From the NCBI GenBank assembly GCA_016927655.1, contig JAFGMG010000001.1:179599-243598 (forward strand): a stretch of DNA of 64,000 nucleotides. The letters are read 5' to 3'. The stretch is from Candidatus Dojkabacteria bacterium (GTDB taxonomy: Bacteria > Patescibacteriota > Dojkabacteria > B142 > JAFGMG01). The position numbers and the translations under genes are program-made. The notes under the pieces are model-generated. The model saw nothing but the letters and a program-made list of their open reading frames with translations. It ran no database searches and was not told where the DNA came from. How positions within the stretch are numbered: position 1 is the stretch's first letter; each line of letters begins with the position of its first letter. Positions 18,969 through 29,510 of the stretch are shown here, one piece after another.

Positions 18969-20298
18969 ACTTCAATTGAAAAATAACTGGCATCGGTATC
19001 TATTCGCAGTAATTATTGGGCTTTTTGTTTTACAAGGCGCATATTTTGCTCTAAGAATAAAATTCGAACTCCCGCCTGATGAAGGCTATCATTTTGAATT
19101 TATCAAACAATATTCGGAAGTATTATATACTCCGGAGAATTCCCCGGAGACGTATCAATTTGGTCCTATCAATCATAAACCATATTTGTATCATTTCCTT
19201 TTTGGCAAGCTTCTACATTTAAACATTTTTGGAATTGAAGATTTTGTCTTTATTAGATTACTAAACATCTTTCTGGGCGTGGCAACAATTATCACCACGT
19301 ACAAAATCACCTCAATATTTACAAAGCGAAAGACGACAAAGTTGTTATCTGCCTTTCTAATTGCAAACACTTTGATGTTCGTTTTCCTTTCAGGATCCAT
19401 CAATTATGACAATCTAGTAAATCTACTTGCCGCCTTGAGCATTTTATTTACTCTAAAATTTACAAAATCACGGGAACTTCGTTTTCTCCTTCTGTTTATC
19501 TCAACTGCTTGCGCTGGAGTACTTACAAAAATAAGCTTTATACCCCTAGCGCTAACTCTAGGATTGATTATTTCAATGGATATTATTTTTTCCCAATTAA
19601 AGAATCTAAGAATAAATCCTATAGAATTCAAAAAGCAGATAAATATCCTAAATATTCTTCTTTTTGCCACTTCTATGATACTTATAGTTTTAAGCCTGAG
19701 ATTATATATCGGGAACTTTTTAAATTTTGGGGGGTTCGAGCCAAGCTGTGATCAGGTTCTTACTCAAGAACAGTGTTTAAATGATCCTATTTATACAAGA
19801 GCGATAGAGGGACAATCAACGCAGCCGGAAAACCTAATGAATCCGTTTGAATATTTTTTCCGATGGTATTTTTACATGCAGCAGAAATCACTTGGTATAC
19901 TAGCACATCAGACAATGATTAAACCTTTAAAGTATCTAATACCTTATAATATTTTGATTATACTTTCACTTTTTCTCTATCTAAAACATCCTAAATTAAT
20001 TAAACAAGATCGTAAACTATTGATATACCTAGGAATAACGGTAATTTCATACTTGCTCATTCTAGCTTTCTATCAAAACTACCAGACATACTTGGCTACC
20101 GGAGAAATTGGGCGTGCATTACAAGGCCGTTACGCCTTCCCAGTTCTTTCGGGAGTTTATATGCTATTTTTGTACCCTTTCGATAAGTATCTAAATAAAA
20201 AGCATAGACTTATACTCTACATACTAATCACAGCAATTTTCCTCTGGGGAGGATTTTTCTTCTTCATCACGAATGTGCCAGGCAGCTGGCTGAGATGA
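18958..20298 (+). CDS. GT-C fold glycosyltransferase (ArnT/PMT-like; polyprenyl-phosphate-sugar dependent)
   Basis: 446 aa, more than 10 TM helices. The first extracytoplasmic loop carries LPPDEGYHFEF, matching the DE-x-(Y/H)F catalytic loop of GT39/GT83 enzymes. Confidence 0.5.
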   Translation: MVNRLQLKNNWHRYLFAVIIGLFVLQGAYFALRIKFELPPDEGYHFEFIKQYSEVLYTPENSPETYQFGPINHKPYLYHFLFGKLLHLNIFGIEDFVFIRLLNIFLGVATIITTYKITSIFTKRKTTKLLSAFLIANTLMFVFLSGSINYDNLVNLLAALSILFTLKFTKSRELRFLLLFISTACAGVLTKISFIPLALTLGLIISMDIIFSQLKNLRINPIEFKKQINILNILLFATSMILIVLSLRLYIGNFLNFGGFEPSCDQVLTQEQCLNDPIYTRAIEGQSTQPENLMNPFEYFFRWYFYMQQKSLGILAHQTMIKPLKYLIPYNILIILSLFLYLKHPKLIKQDRKLLIYLGITVISYLLILAFYQNYQTYLATGEIGRALQGRYAFPVLSGVYMLFLYPFDKYLNKKHRLILYILITAIFLWGGFFFFITNVPGSWLR

Positions 20299-20301
20299 TT
20301 C

Positions 20302-22065
20302 CTACAAACTCCAAACAGGTTTTTTATTCAAATCCTTGTTTAGATTTGGGTTGTAATATGGGTCATTATTAATGAATCCGCTCCACTTTCCCTGCATGTA
20401 TTTATCCTCATATTCGCTGACTTGCGGATCTCTCGATTTTGATTCGTAATGATAAAGCTCTACGTATGGGGTGTAAACGTTTCTATAACCTTTTTCATAC
20501 AATTTCAAACAAAGATCAACATCATTAAATGCTAGAGGCAATTCCTCATTGAACCCTCCGACCTCATCAAATTTCGCTTTGGAGAGCATCATACAGGCAC
20601 CTGTAACTGCGAGATAGTTCCTGACGCAATGAAGCTGATTGAAATAGAAATTATTTTCTTCCGGCTGTCTATAATATGCGTGATTTGCAACCCCTCCTAC
20701 CCCTAGCAAAATTCCCGCATGCTGAACTTTCCTGTCTGGGCAAAGAAGCTTACAGCCAACGGCACCAATTTCTTTCTGCTGAGCCCACATAAGAAGGCCT
20801 GAGAGCCAATCACTATTTACTACTTTGGTGTCATTGTTAAGAAAAAGAATATAGTCTGCCCTGCTTTGTTTTGCGGCAAAATTATTTATTGCAGAGAAAT
20901 TGTACTCATGAGGATAATCGAGCACTCTTACTTTGTCTTTGATCTGGCCTAGATACTCTTTCGTCTCTTCCAGTTCGGAATTGTTATCTACAACTGTGAC
21001 TGAATAATTATTATAGGATGTATTTTCCCAGATTGATTCCAGACAGGTTTTTAGAAGTTCGATTTTGTCTTTGATCGGTATAATTATTTCAATTGACGGA
21101 CTGCCTGCTACTTCTAATACAGGAAGAAATGGATAGAAATCGTGGATTATTTCACCTTTTAATCCTCGTCTTCCTAAAGCATCTCTAAGTGCCTTTTTTG
21201 CTGAATCTATTGCATAAGACTTGCCTTTGATATCTGAAGCAGTTGATCCTTCAACTTTTCGCCAGGAGTATAACACCCAGGGAATATGTTCTATTCTTTC
21301 AGTCAGCTCCATCACCCGCAGACACAAATCGTAGTCCTGGCTGCCTTCGTAGCCTTTGCGCATTTTGCCGGATTTTTCAAAGATTTCTCTTGAATAAACG
21401 GCGTGTGTGGGATACATCATTGACCACATAAGTTCAGGTGAAAAATCCGGCTTGAACCACGGTTCTATTCTCGTGCCGAATTTATCGAGCTTATCTTCAT
21501 CGAAGTAGACCAGGTCCTGATCACCTTTTTTATTTAGTAGTTTTACAATTTCATAAAGTGCGTGCGAATGAAGTATGTCATCATTATCCATGAGCATTAG
21601 ATATTCTCCGCTTGAAATTGCAAATGCTTCATTTGTTGCGCCGGAGATATTCTGATTTTCCTCTCCAAATTTGATTTTTAATTTCCCCGTTCTGTCATTT
21701 GCCTGCAATTCTTCCAAATATTTTATTGTATTTTGATTTGTAGAAGCATCGTCATACAAGCACAGTTCCCAATTCTCGTACCATTGGCTCATGACACTTG
21801 CAACTGCCTCTTTTAGAATCTGGGAATCGACATTATAAACCGGCATAAGAATCGAGATTTTCGGAGATTTTTTGAATTCTGATATTTGCTTCCTAAAATC
21901 CTCTCCGCTCAGATATACTTTTTCAACATTTTCTATCCAAGTAGCATAAAGCTTGTTTTGATCAGGATAGATGCTCAATCTTTTCAGCTTCCCTGCTGCT
22001 CGTTTGAGCAGCCCCAAAATCCCTTCGTTTTTCAAGACTTCCTTCGATCTTTCGAAATAGTACAT
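20302..22065 (-). CDS. dual-domain GT2 glycosyltransferase (rhamnan/O-antigen-type)
   Basis: Two GT2 modules. The first is ISILMPVYNVDSQIL...LYDDAST...LMDNDD; the second is IEIIIPIKDKIELL...TVVDNNS...LFLNNDT. Confidence 0.75.
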   Translation of the reverse strand: MYYFERSKEVLKNEGILGLLKRAAGKLKRLSIYPDQNKLYATWIENVEKVYLSGEDFRKQISEFKKSPKISILMPVYNVDSQILKEAVASVMSQWYENWELCLYDDASTNQNTIKYLEELQANDRTGKLKIKFGEENQNISGATNEAFAISSGEYLMLMDNDDILHSHALYEIVKLLNKKGDQDLVYFDEDKLDKFGTRIEPWFKPDFSPELMWSMMYPTHAVYSREIFEKSGKMRKGYEGSQDYDLCLRVMELTERIEHIPWVLYSWRKVEGSTASDIKGKSYAIDSAKKALRDALGRRGLKGEIIHDFYPFLPVLEVAGSPSIEIIIPIKDKIELLKTCLESIWENTSYNNYSVTVVDNNSELEETKEYLGQIKDKVRVLDYPHEYNFSAINNFAAKQSRADYILFLNNDTKVVNSDWLSGLLMWAQQKEIGAVGCKLLCPDRKVQHAGILLGVGGVANHAYYRQPEENNFYFNQLHCVRNYLAVTGACMMLSKAKFDEVGGFNEELPLAFNDVDLCLKLYEKGYRNVYTPYVELYHYESKSRDPQVSEYEDKYMQGKWSGFINNDPYYNPNLNKDLNKKPVWSL

Positions 22066-22127
22066 TTTGTTAGTATATAAAGATGAAATTCGTTATAATT
22101 ATACGCTTAAATCACTGAAACTTTATC

Positions 22128-23363
22128 ATGCAGAGCAAAAAAAGGAAACCTTCAATTGCGTATGTGATGGGATTTATGGGAATTTGTGGGGGTAATAAAA
22201 TAATCTACGAGCATGCCAATAGACTTGCCAAGCAGGGCCTGAGCGTATATTTACTTCATCTAAACGATGGAAAAGATCGAGGCTGGTTTAAAATTAACCC
22301 GAAGGTGAAAATTCTGCCTTTCAAGAACAGCAGAGAGTGGATCGATAAAATTGATATCATAATTGCAACTTTCAATGAGACTTTCTGGGATATTATAGAT
22401 TTGCCTGATACGATCAAAAAAGCATACTTTGTGCAGAGTGACGAAAGAAGGTTTTATGAAAAGGGATCGCTAGGGGAATATTTATCGAATGCGACGTATA
22501 CTTTCAAAAATGTATATTATTATACTGAAGCAGTCTGGATGCAGGAATGGTTGAAAGCTGAGTTTGAGATTGACGCTCCGATTTTCAAAAATAGAATTAA
22601 CAAAGAGCAATTTTTCCCGGATCCTGATTTGGAACTCAAATCAGATAAAGTAGTAGTCCTTGTTGAAGGCAATGCTACCACTCCTAAAAAGGGCGTCCAG
22701 GATGCAGCAAAAGCTCTTGAGGATATTGATTGTGAAAAATGGCTCTTAACTAATACTGCCGAGAACGAACTCCCAGATTATACAAAGATATTTAACAAGA
22801 CGTTTTGTTTGCCACAACAGGAAAAAATCAGGAAGATATATTCATCTGCCGATCTACTTGTGAAACCTTCATATTTTGAAGGCTCTCCTCTGCCTCATAT
22901 GGAAGCGATGTGCTGCGGGACTGCCGTTTTGACAACTGATTGCACCGGGGTAAGTGAATACTGCAGACATTTAAAAAACTCCTATATTGTCAAACTGGGG
23001 GATACAAAACAGATGAGAGAGGCTATTAAACTGCTTATACAAGACCCCGAATTAAGAAAAAACCTAGCAAGAGGCGGACTCAAAACAGCAGAAGAGTTCC
23101 TGTATGACTGGGATAGCGAGATCGCTAAAGAAATTGAATTTTTTAGTAGAATCCACGAGACAACTTCCCAAAAAGTAGTTTTTTCAGAAAATATAACCCG
23201 GAAATCACTAGAACATGAATATTTCCTCCGGAAGCAAAATCTATATACCCGAATCGTTTCTCTGGAAAATAAATTTAATACCCTCACCAGGATTCCGAAG
23301 TTTTTCTACAAACCGCTAAATAGATTACTAAAACGAACGAAGATGAACAAACCTGCAAAATGA
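22128..23363 (+). CDS. GT4-family glycosyltransferase
   Basis: VKPSYFEGSPLPHMEAMCCGTAVLTTDCTGVSEY is the EX7E region. 411 aa. Confidence 0.7.
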   Translation: MQSKKRKPSIAYVMGFMGICGGNKIIYEHANRLAKQGLSVYLLHLNDGKDRGWFKINPKVKILPFKNSREWIDKIDIIIATFNETFWDIIDLPDTIKKAYFVQSDERRFYEKGSLGEYLSNATYTFKNVYYYTEAVWMQEWLKAEFEIDAPIFKNRINKEQFFPDPDLELKSDKVVVLVEGNATTPKKGVQDAAKALEDIDCEKWLLTNTAENELPDYTKIFNKTFCLPQQEKIRKIYSSADLLVKPSYFEGSPLPHMEAMCCGTAVLTTDCTGVSEYCRHLKNSYIVKLGDTKQMREAIKLLIQDPELRKNLARGGLKTAEEFLYDWDSEIAKEIEFFSRIHETTSQKVVFSENITRKSLEHEYFLRKQNLYTRIVSLENKFNTLTRIPKFFYKPLNRLLKRTKMNKPAK

Positions 23364-23376
23364 ACACAACTCTTTT

Positions 23377-26283
23377 TTAAGAGCTTCTATATTTGAGAAT
23401 CTCTATTAATTCTTTCCCAAGCTTTTTAATGTCAAATTGTTTCACATATTTCTTCAGGCTTTCCCCTCTATACCAGTTTTTTGCCAATACCTTTTTAAGT
23501 TCCTGCGTTAATTCCTGTTGATCAAGTTTTGTAACAAAATACGCATTCTCCCCTTCTACTAGCACTTCCTTTTTTGCTCCCGCATCTGTTGCAATAACAG
23601 GAAGACCCATTGCCAGGGCTTCCATAATACTTGGGGGCATTCCTTCTATTTGGGATATTTGTACAAATACATCGCTAATGGCATACAACTCCCTAGGATC
23701 ATCCATAAAACTAAAGAGATTAACATTATCCCCTATGTTAAGACTTTCTATCAAATTCTCCAACTCATTTTTTTGTCCTCCTTCTCCGGCAAGTATTAGA
23801 CGAACCGGATCGAAACGTTCATCACTTTTAATTAGTTCTGCAAAACTCCTAACTAATAAGTCAAGATTTTTTACTGGTGACATTCTTCCTATGTAGCAGA
23901 ATACAAAACTGTCTTTGTAGATAGAGTATTTTTCTCTTATTCTCGACTTATCGAATAAACTACTATCAAAATATTCAAGGTCAATTGGAGTTGGCAGAAA
24001 TCTTACTTTTTTCTCAGATATCCCAAAATGTTCTCGGTAATGATCCTTTATCTTATTATTATTTACTATATGAAGGTCTAAAAATGTATCTTTTTCGATA
24101 GATAAGTCAAGGCACCCGTATTCACTATCATTATAAATGATATCGAAAATTCTTATTTTTGGATTTAACTTTAAACTTCCGATATTCATGTAGGCATACC
24201 TGCTATTGCTAATAATAATTTCCTCTATTGAATATTTTGTTATCTGCTCTGAAATAAAATCAAGCCAATACTTCTGATCAAGAATATTAGGAAGATTAAA
24301 AATACCAATTACATTTTGAGCCAGCTTACTATAAACATAGTCCTGTGCCGGAATGGTACCAATAATTATAAATTTATAACCATATTTTTCAGCTTCGTTT
24401 ATGTAGTTCATCCAGAACCTCTCTGCGCCTCCTCCTCCCACATTCGGAACAATCAATAGCACCACTTTTTCTTTTAAATTAATTTCTTTGTCATTATTAA
24501 ATTTAGCCATTTGGAATTTTGGCTTTTTCTTATTTTGTTTGCCGGCAGGCTTGTAATGGTCTACAGTATAAATATCTGGATGCAGTCTTCTGATCTTTAT
24601 CTTTAGGACATCATCTATCTTATTCGCTTTTTCACTCAAACTTTCGTTGGAATGTTTTCGATAATAGAATAACGGTTCCGGTATTTTGTACCCTACCCAT
24701 CCTGTTTTTGATATGCTTAGCCAAAATTCCCAATCTTCGTGAGCATTTTTCATTTCTTCCTTATAACCTCCAACCTCTTCCCAGCAGACTTTTCTAAATG
24801 CAGACGCAGTGAAAATTTGATTATGCACTTTTAAATGGTCTGGTTCAAAAACACCCGCAGGATAAATTGTATTTTCTTTGCCGAACATCTGAAGGTCACT
24901 AAATACCACACCTACTTCAGGCATTGTTTCGAATACCCATATACACTTTTCTAAATAGGACTTCTCAAGTTTATCATCGGCATCAAGGCAGATAATGTAT
25001 TTACCCTTCGCCATACCTATTCCTTTATTCCTTGAGTAAACAACTCCTTTATTTGATGAATTGCGAGAGACTTGAATCGGTATCTCAGAATCCATTTCCT
25101 GGATTTCCTTTAATATCTTCTGAGTTGTTTTATCGTCTGAATTATCGTCAATAATAATTATCTCGGTCCTCTTCCATGTTTGCTTTTGGATACTAAGGAT
25201 TGCCTCAGGCAGTAACCGGCCGTAGTTATAACAGGGGATTATTACCGAGATAACTGGGATTTCTTCTGAAATGTGCTGCTGCCCTTCAATCCTATAATAT
25301 CTTCCCTCCCCTCTTGTAAATTTTCTTATGCGGGAGATGACTCGGGCAATTTTTGAATCAACAATAAAATTCTTCATTCGATCAATCAGCCTTTCAATGC
25401 GAGATAAAACAAGATTATTCCCAATAACTACATCAAAATTCCGATCTGTCCGCAAACTTATATCTTCCAATCTGTTAAATTTTTTGTTATTAAAATCCTT
25501 TTCCTTCAAATCTTTAATCACAATGTCTTTGTATAATAAATCCCTGTCTTTTGCTTTTAGCACATCAACAAGGTATTTCTGATATAACTCTTTATGCTTT
25601 GCGTAAATATATGCAAGATTATCCTGAATTTTCAGTGGATCGTTTCTTAGAGCTCCGAGCATTGATGCTTTTCTGACACGGTAAGAGAAGAGTATTTCCG
25701 GGATTGTGTATACCTTTGCCCCATGAGAAAGGCAGTTTATCCAGAACTCCCAATCTTCATAGCCATCCCGCATAGATTGATCATAACCTCCAACTTCCTC
25801 CCAAATTTGCCTCCTATACATAGAGGCCACCTGTATGTTATTTTTATAAAGCAAAAATGGGAGCTTTGCATTGTTTAATTCAATTACACTTTACGTTTCT
25901 CCAAATGTACGCATCCATGTATTTACAACGTGAATTTCAGGATGTTTATCGAGATAATCACATGCCTTCTTTAAAAAACTCGGATGATATTCATCATCAG
26001 CGTCTATACAACAGATATATCCCCCGGTCGCGCTTTTGATCCCCGTATTTCTTGCACCGGGCAATCCCATGTTCTTTTGTTGAATGATCTTTATATCCGG
26101 CCTTTTATTTCTTAAATTCTCTAACTTCGCGATAGAAAACTCATCCGTGCTTCCGTCATTAACTATTACTATCTCAAATTCCTTCAAAGTTTGTTTCTCA
26201 AGGGATATCATAAAGGAGTCAATGAATTCTCCCATATTATAATAGGGAACTATTACACTAATTTTTGTTTTCTTTTTCACCAT
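23377..26283 (-). pseudogene. tri-domain GT2-GT2-GT4 glycosyltransferase interrupted by a single in-frame TAA (25891-25893); pieces are 25891..26283 and 23377..25854
   Basis: The two minus-strand ORFs are in the same frame. Translating through the gap gives ...WMRTFGET*SVIELNNAKLPFLLYKNNIQVASMYRRQIWEEVGG, collinear residue-for-residue with the intact paralog at 32384..35305 (WMSTFGEYETTYQFNSTDLRDLLKENILHVSSIFKKDVWEKVGG). The stop sits where the paralog has Glu (GAA to TAA). The downstream piece only begins at a TTG. Confidence 0.6.
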
Positions 26284-26291
26284 GATCTCTT

Positions 26292-26343
26292 ATTTATCAT
26301 TTATCATTTATCATTTATCATTTATCATTTATCATTTATCATT
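26292..26343. repeat. heptanucleotide microsatellite (ATTTATC)7 plus partial unit
   Basis: Direct reading: perfect units at 26292-26340, then a partial att. It lies 9 nt upstream of the ATG (26281-26283) of the minus-strand GT fragment. It also contains the TGA stop (26325-26327) of the upstream minus gene. Confidence 0.9.
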
Positions 26344-27440
26344 AAATGGTCCAGGTTATCAATTATACTACGGACTTCTCCTTTCACTCTATCTACAATC
26401 TTAAACATTTTTTCATAATCCTCTCTCACATCAATTCCCTTTTTTTTATAATCGAAAGAGATTTTTTCTAATTGATCCAGATTAGTAATTGTATATTTTT
26501 CACTCAAAATACCATAGCCCTGAAGAGCTTTCGCCTTCTGCTTATAAAAATCATTCATGGCCACAAGATACAAAGGGCACTGCAATCTATTTCTAGCAAT
26601 CATATAAGTGTGGTACGAATTGACTATTCCAAAAGAATAATCTCTCAATGCAAACAGCCTTTTGGAAAAATCTATTACATATTTGTAATTGACTTTAAGA
26701 TTAAGCCCAAGTTCATCGTATAGACACTTTGCTTCTCTTACTTTAGATATATCTTTATTAAAACTGCTATACATATCAATACGATACTTTTTGCCAATTT
26801 TATTAAGGAATCTTTTATATTTTCCTGCTATTTCTTTTTTAAATCCCTCATCAGCATCATACATATAATCGTTTAAAGAAAGCTGTACAAATGCCTTTTT
26901 TGATGGCCGGCTCAATGCTCGATAAATCGAATCTCTTCGTTTAGTTCTCTGTAAATGGAAAAATGCCTCATCACAAATATATGCATCTTTCACTCCCATT
27001 AGTTTCCGGGATGCCTCCCCTCTGTATGATACCCACTTAAAATATTTTGGAGATCTGCCTATTTGTTTCCTGTATTTTTTATAAAAAGTCTCATCAATTT
27101 GGATCCCAGTTACAATCAACGGTATTTTCAAATCCTTTAGCTTGACAATTAATTTTAAAAAATCATCTCCCCAATATTTATTTAAATAGCCTCCGCCATA
27201 CATATGTACACAATCTATTCCCTCATTGCTTTTTAGTCTAGTCATAAAATCCTCATAGTTTTCCAATTTGATGCCCGGCAGAGCCTCTTGTATTCTTTGT
27301 TTGCCATCCTTGTAGTGCAAAAACACCACCCTCACGTTATCTAATTTCTCGTAGAAGTCTATCCAAACCCTGGCTTGTATAACATCACCAAAATTATCAT
27401 TTATCATAAAGCCCCCAATCAGGTATATCGTTTTTTCCAT
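26325..27440 (-). CDS. polysaccharide pyruvyl transferase-like (PS_pyruv_trans family)
   Basis: N-terminus IYLIGGFMINDNFGDVIQARVWIDFY resembles the GYYGxGNLGDEAIL opening of CsaB/WcaK-type enzymes. 371 aa. Confidence 0.5.
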   Translation of the reverse strand: MEKTIYLIGGFMINDNFGDVIQARVWIDFYEKLDNVRVVFLHYKDGKQRIQEALPGIKLENYEDFMTRLKSNEGIDCVHMYGGGYLNKYWGDDFLKLIVKLKDLKIPLIVTGIQIDETFYKKYRKQIGRSPKYFKWVSYRGEASRKLMGVKDAYICDEAFFHLQRTKRRDSIYRALSRPSKKAFVQLSLNDYMYDADEGFKKEIAGKYKRFLNKIGKKYRIDMYSSFNKDISKVREAKCLYDELGLNLKVNYKYVIDFSKRLFALRDYSFGIVNSYHTYMIARNRLQCPLYLVAMNDFYKQKAKALQGYGILSEKYTITNLDQLEKISFDYKKKGIDVREDYEKMFKIVDRVKGEVRSIIDNLDHLMINDK

Positions 27441-28645
27441 CTGCTAATTCTAATTAGTTTTATTAAATAAATAATTTTATAGTAGATATTATTCTTACGA
27501 AATATTTCTTGATAGCTCCGAGAAATATAACGCCTTAAAGACTCCTTTAACTGTCCCTCGTCATTTCCTAAATGTTTTAAAAAATACTCCCACACATAAA
27601 TCCTGTGCTTTGGAGAAGTATCAATACTATCGAAATCACTCTCATCTATATTATGTTTAAATTTCTCAAACTTATTTAAAACTCCGTATATTTTCAACTG
27701 CAGCATTGTCCGCAGGCATTTTTCACACTGGGAGCAATTATATTGGTTCCCGATATTTCTCCAGCATACTCGTAAATATTTTCGAACAAGAAGATTGTCT
27801 TTTATATCTTTGATCTTCTCTATCCTACTTAAAGCTGACCCATAAGGAATAAACTTTAGAGATGAATTCGACCAAAGAGGATCCATATCTGGATGGGTCC
27901 CATATGCTGCCCCGGTAATGTATGAATCAGAAGAATTTATGTATACTTGTCCAAACAAATTTCTGAATATAAGTGCTGCTGCTGCTAAACCAGCGCCATG
28001 ACACATTTCCCATTCATTTGCACTATTTACCGGGAACAAATTTAGGAATTCTCGATAATTAGTTTGTACGATGATAGATCTCAATCCTGTTGCCTTTGAT
28101 ATTCCATCTAAAGAATTTAAAAATTCTTTGGATAGTTTCTTGTTTTCTATATCAATATCATAGCCAATTATACTTAGTAGGTATTTCAGATTTGTCTTCT
28201 TGTCTTTTTGCAAATTAAGCATCGTATAGAAAGAATCAACTCCAGCAGTAAAAAACATTGCGGAAGACTTTTCTTTCTTTATTCGCAAGCTTTTTGGTGA
28301 GCTTTTTGCCTGTCTTTGATCTGTTCGAATTTCAATAGTATTTAACTTTTTGTGCCAGCTGTCAGATACCTCCCAAGGTCTAATTAATTTTTGCAGTTTA
28401 TCAATATTATCCAGAAAGGCCTCATCCACAGCACCATTTATTTGTATATTTTCCGGTATTCCCATTGATGGGATCAAAACTGCTGCAAGAAACCCGTCAT
28501 ATGATTTCGAAAGGAATTTAGAATATTGCTTATTTACCTCAAAATACAATTCAAAATTTTTAACACCAACCTTTTCATAACTCAGCGTTACAGAAACCCT
28601 GGTACTGTTAGTATTCTTCTTAATCCTTAAATTCTCTATTAGCAT
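27419..28645 (-). CDS. hypothetical protein, possible PP-loop ATPase-like (adenine-nucleotide alpha-hydrolase-like) with C-terminal CxxC
   Basis: MFFTAGVDSFYTM resembles a degenerate SGGxDS PP-loop; CSQCEKC lies near the C-terminus. No confident family assignment. Confidence 0.4.
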   Translation of the reverse strand: MLIENLRIKKNTNSTRVSVTLSYEKVGVKNFELYFEVNKQYSKFLSKSYDGFLAAVLIPSMGIPENIQINGAVDEAFLDNIDKLQKLIRPWEVSDSWHKKLNTIEIRTDQRQAKSSPKSLRIKKEKSSAMFFTAGVDSFYTMLNLQKDKKTNLKYLLSIIGYDIDIENKKLSKEFLNSLDGISKATGLRSIIVQTNYREFLNLFPVNSANEWEMCHGAGLAAAALIFRNLFGQVYINSSDSYITGAAYGTHPDMDPLWSNSSLKFIPYGSALSRIEKIKDIKDNLLVRKYLRVCWRNIGNQYNCSQCEKCLRTMLQLKIYGVLNKFEKFKHNIDESDFDSIDTSPKHRIYVWEYFLKHLGNDEGQLKESLRRYISRSYQEIFRKNNIYYKIIYLIKLIRISRWKKRYT

Positions 28646-28697
28646 GAAGACTTCTACTAATGGTATGATTTTATCATCTGGGGTTCTTTAGTTCTAA

Positions 28698-29510
28698 TTA
28701 CCGATAAAGTTTTCTAACGAAAGTGATAGCATTCTTTATACTGCCAATGTTATTACCCTCTAGATTTTTCATTTCGATCGATACCCATTCTTTGTAATTA
28801 AATTCTCTTAGACAAGTATGTATTTTTTCATGGTACGTATTTGTGGGATCCACCGGCGCTAGAAATGGTTCACTTATATGCACATGCCCAATGTATTTGA
28901 TATTTTCCAAAGTAAAGAATGATAGATCTTCTTTGTTTAAAGCTATTGTTCCACTATCAATATTGATTTTCAGATTCAAATGGTTGATTTTTTTTACAAA
29001 ATCCAAAGCTTCAATTGTAGTGTTTAGAAAATTTGTTCCGTAAGCGGCAGGATTTGGCTCAATGCATACGTTTGTCCCTGCATTTTCTGCGAAATTGGCA
29101 AGTTTGCCAAAAAATTCCCCTCCTATTTCGTGTATTTCGTTTTGCTTTAGACCTTTTGGAATTATTCTATTTTTTGGCGAGCCGAAAACAAGAGCACGAA
29201 TACCAAGGTCTCCTGTAATTTTTATTCCATCAAAAAGGTATTGAAGAATTTTTTTTCGGCTCGCTTCTCTATCCCAGATATTTAATTCCGGCTTACCAAA
29301 GAGTAGAGATTGCATAGCAACTGGGCATATTTGGTATTTTTTTAGTGTCCTTTCGAAATCAACCAACTCTTCTTTGCTGACTTTACTAATATCCCCCCAA
29401 ACTTTTGTCGGGGCAATTTCCAAGCCATGGAAATTATTTTCCTGCATGAAATTATAAACAGTTTCATTTTCCGAATTTTCCCAGGCGATATTTGATATTG
29501 CTAAGTTCAT
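28698..29510 (-). CDS. sugar-phosphate isomerase/epimerase, xylose-isomerase-like TIM barrel
   Basis: MNLAISNIAWENSE...FHGLEIAP is the typical N-terminus of the AP_endonuc_2/TIM-barrel sugar isomerase family. 270 aa. Confidence 0.7.
   Translation of the reverse strand: MNLAISNIAWENSENETVYNFMQENNFHGLEIAPTKVWGDISKVSKEELVDFERTLKKYQICPVAMQSLLFGKPELNIWDREASRKKILQYLFDGIKITGDLGIRALVFGSPKNRIIPKGLKQNEIHEIGGEFFGKLANFAENAGTNVCIEPNPAAYGTNFLNTTIEALDFVKKINHLNLKINIDSGTIALNKEDLSFFTLENIKYIGHVHISEPFLAPVDPTNTYHEKIHTCLREFNYKEWVSIEMKNLEGNNIGSIKNAITFVRKLYR

Noticed and set aside
26292-26343. Possible CRISPR-like or coding repeat
   Set aside because: The unit is only 7 nt with no spacers, so it is a simple microsatellite. 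The plus-strand ORF 26191..26418 (IIYHLSFIIYHLSF...) is an artefact of translating the repeat.
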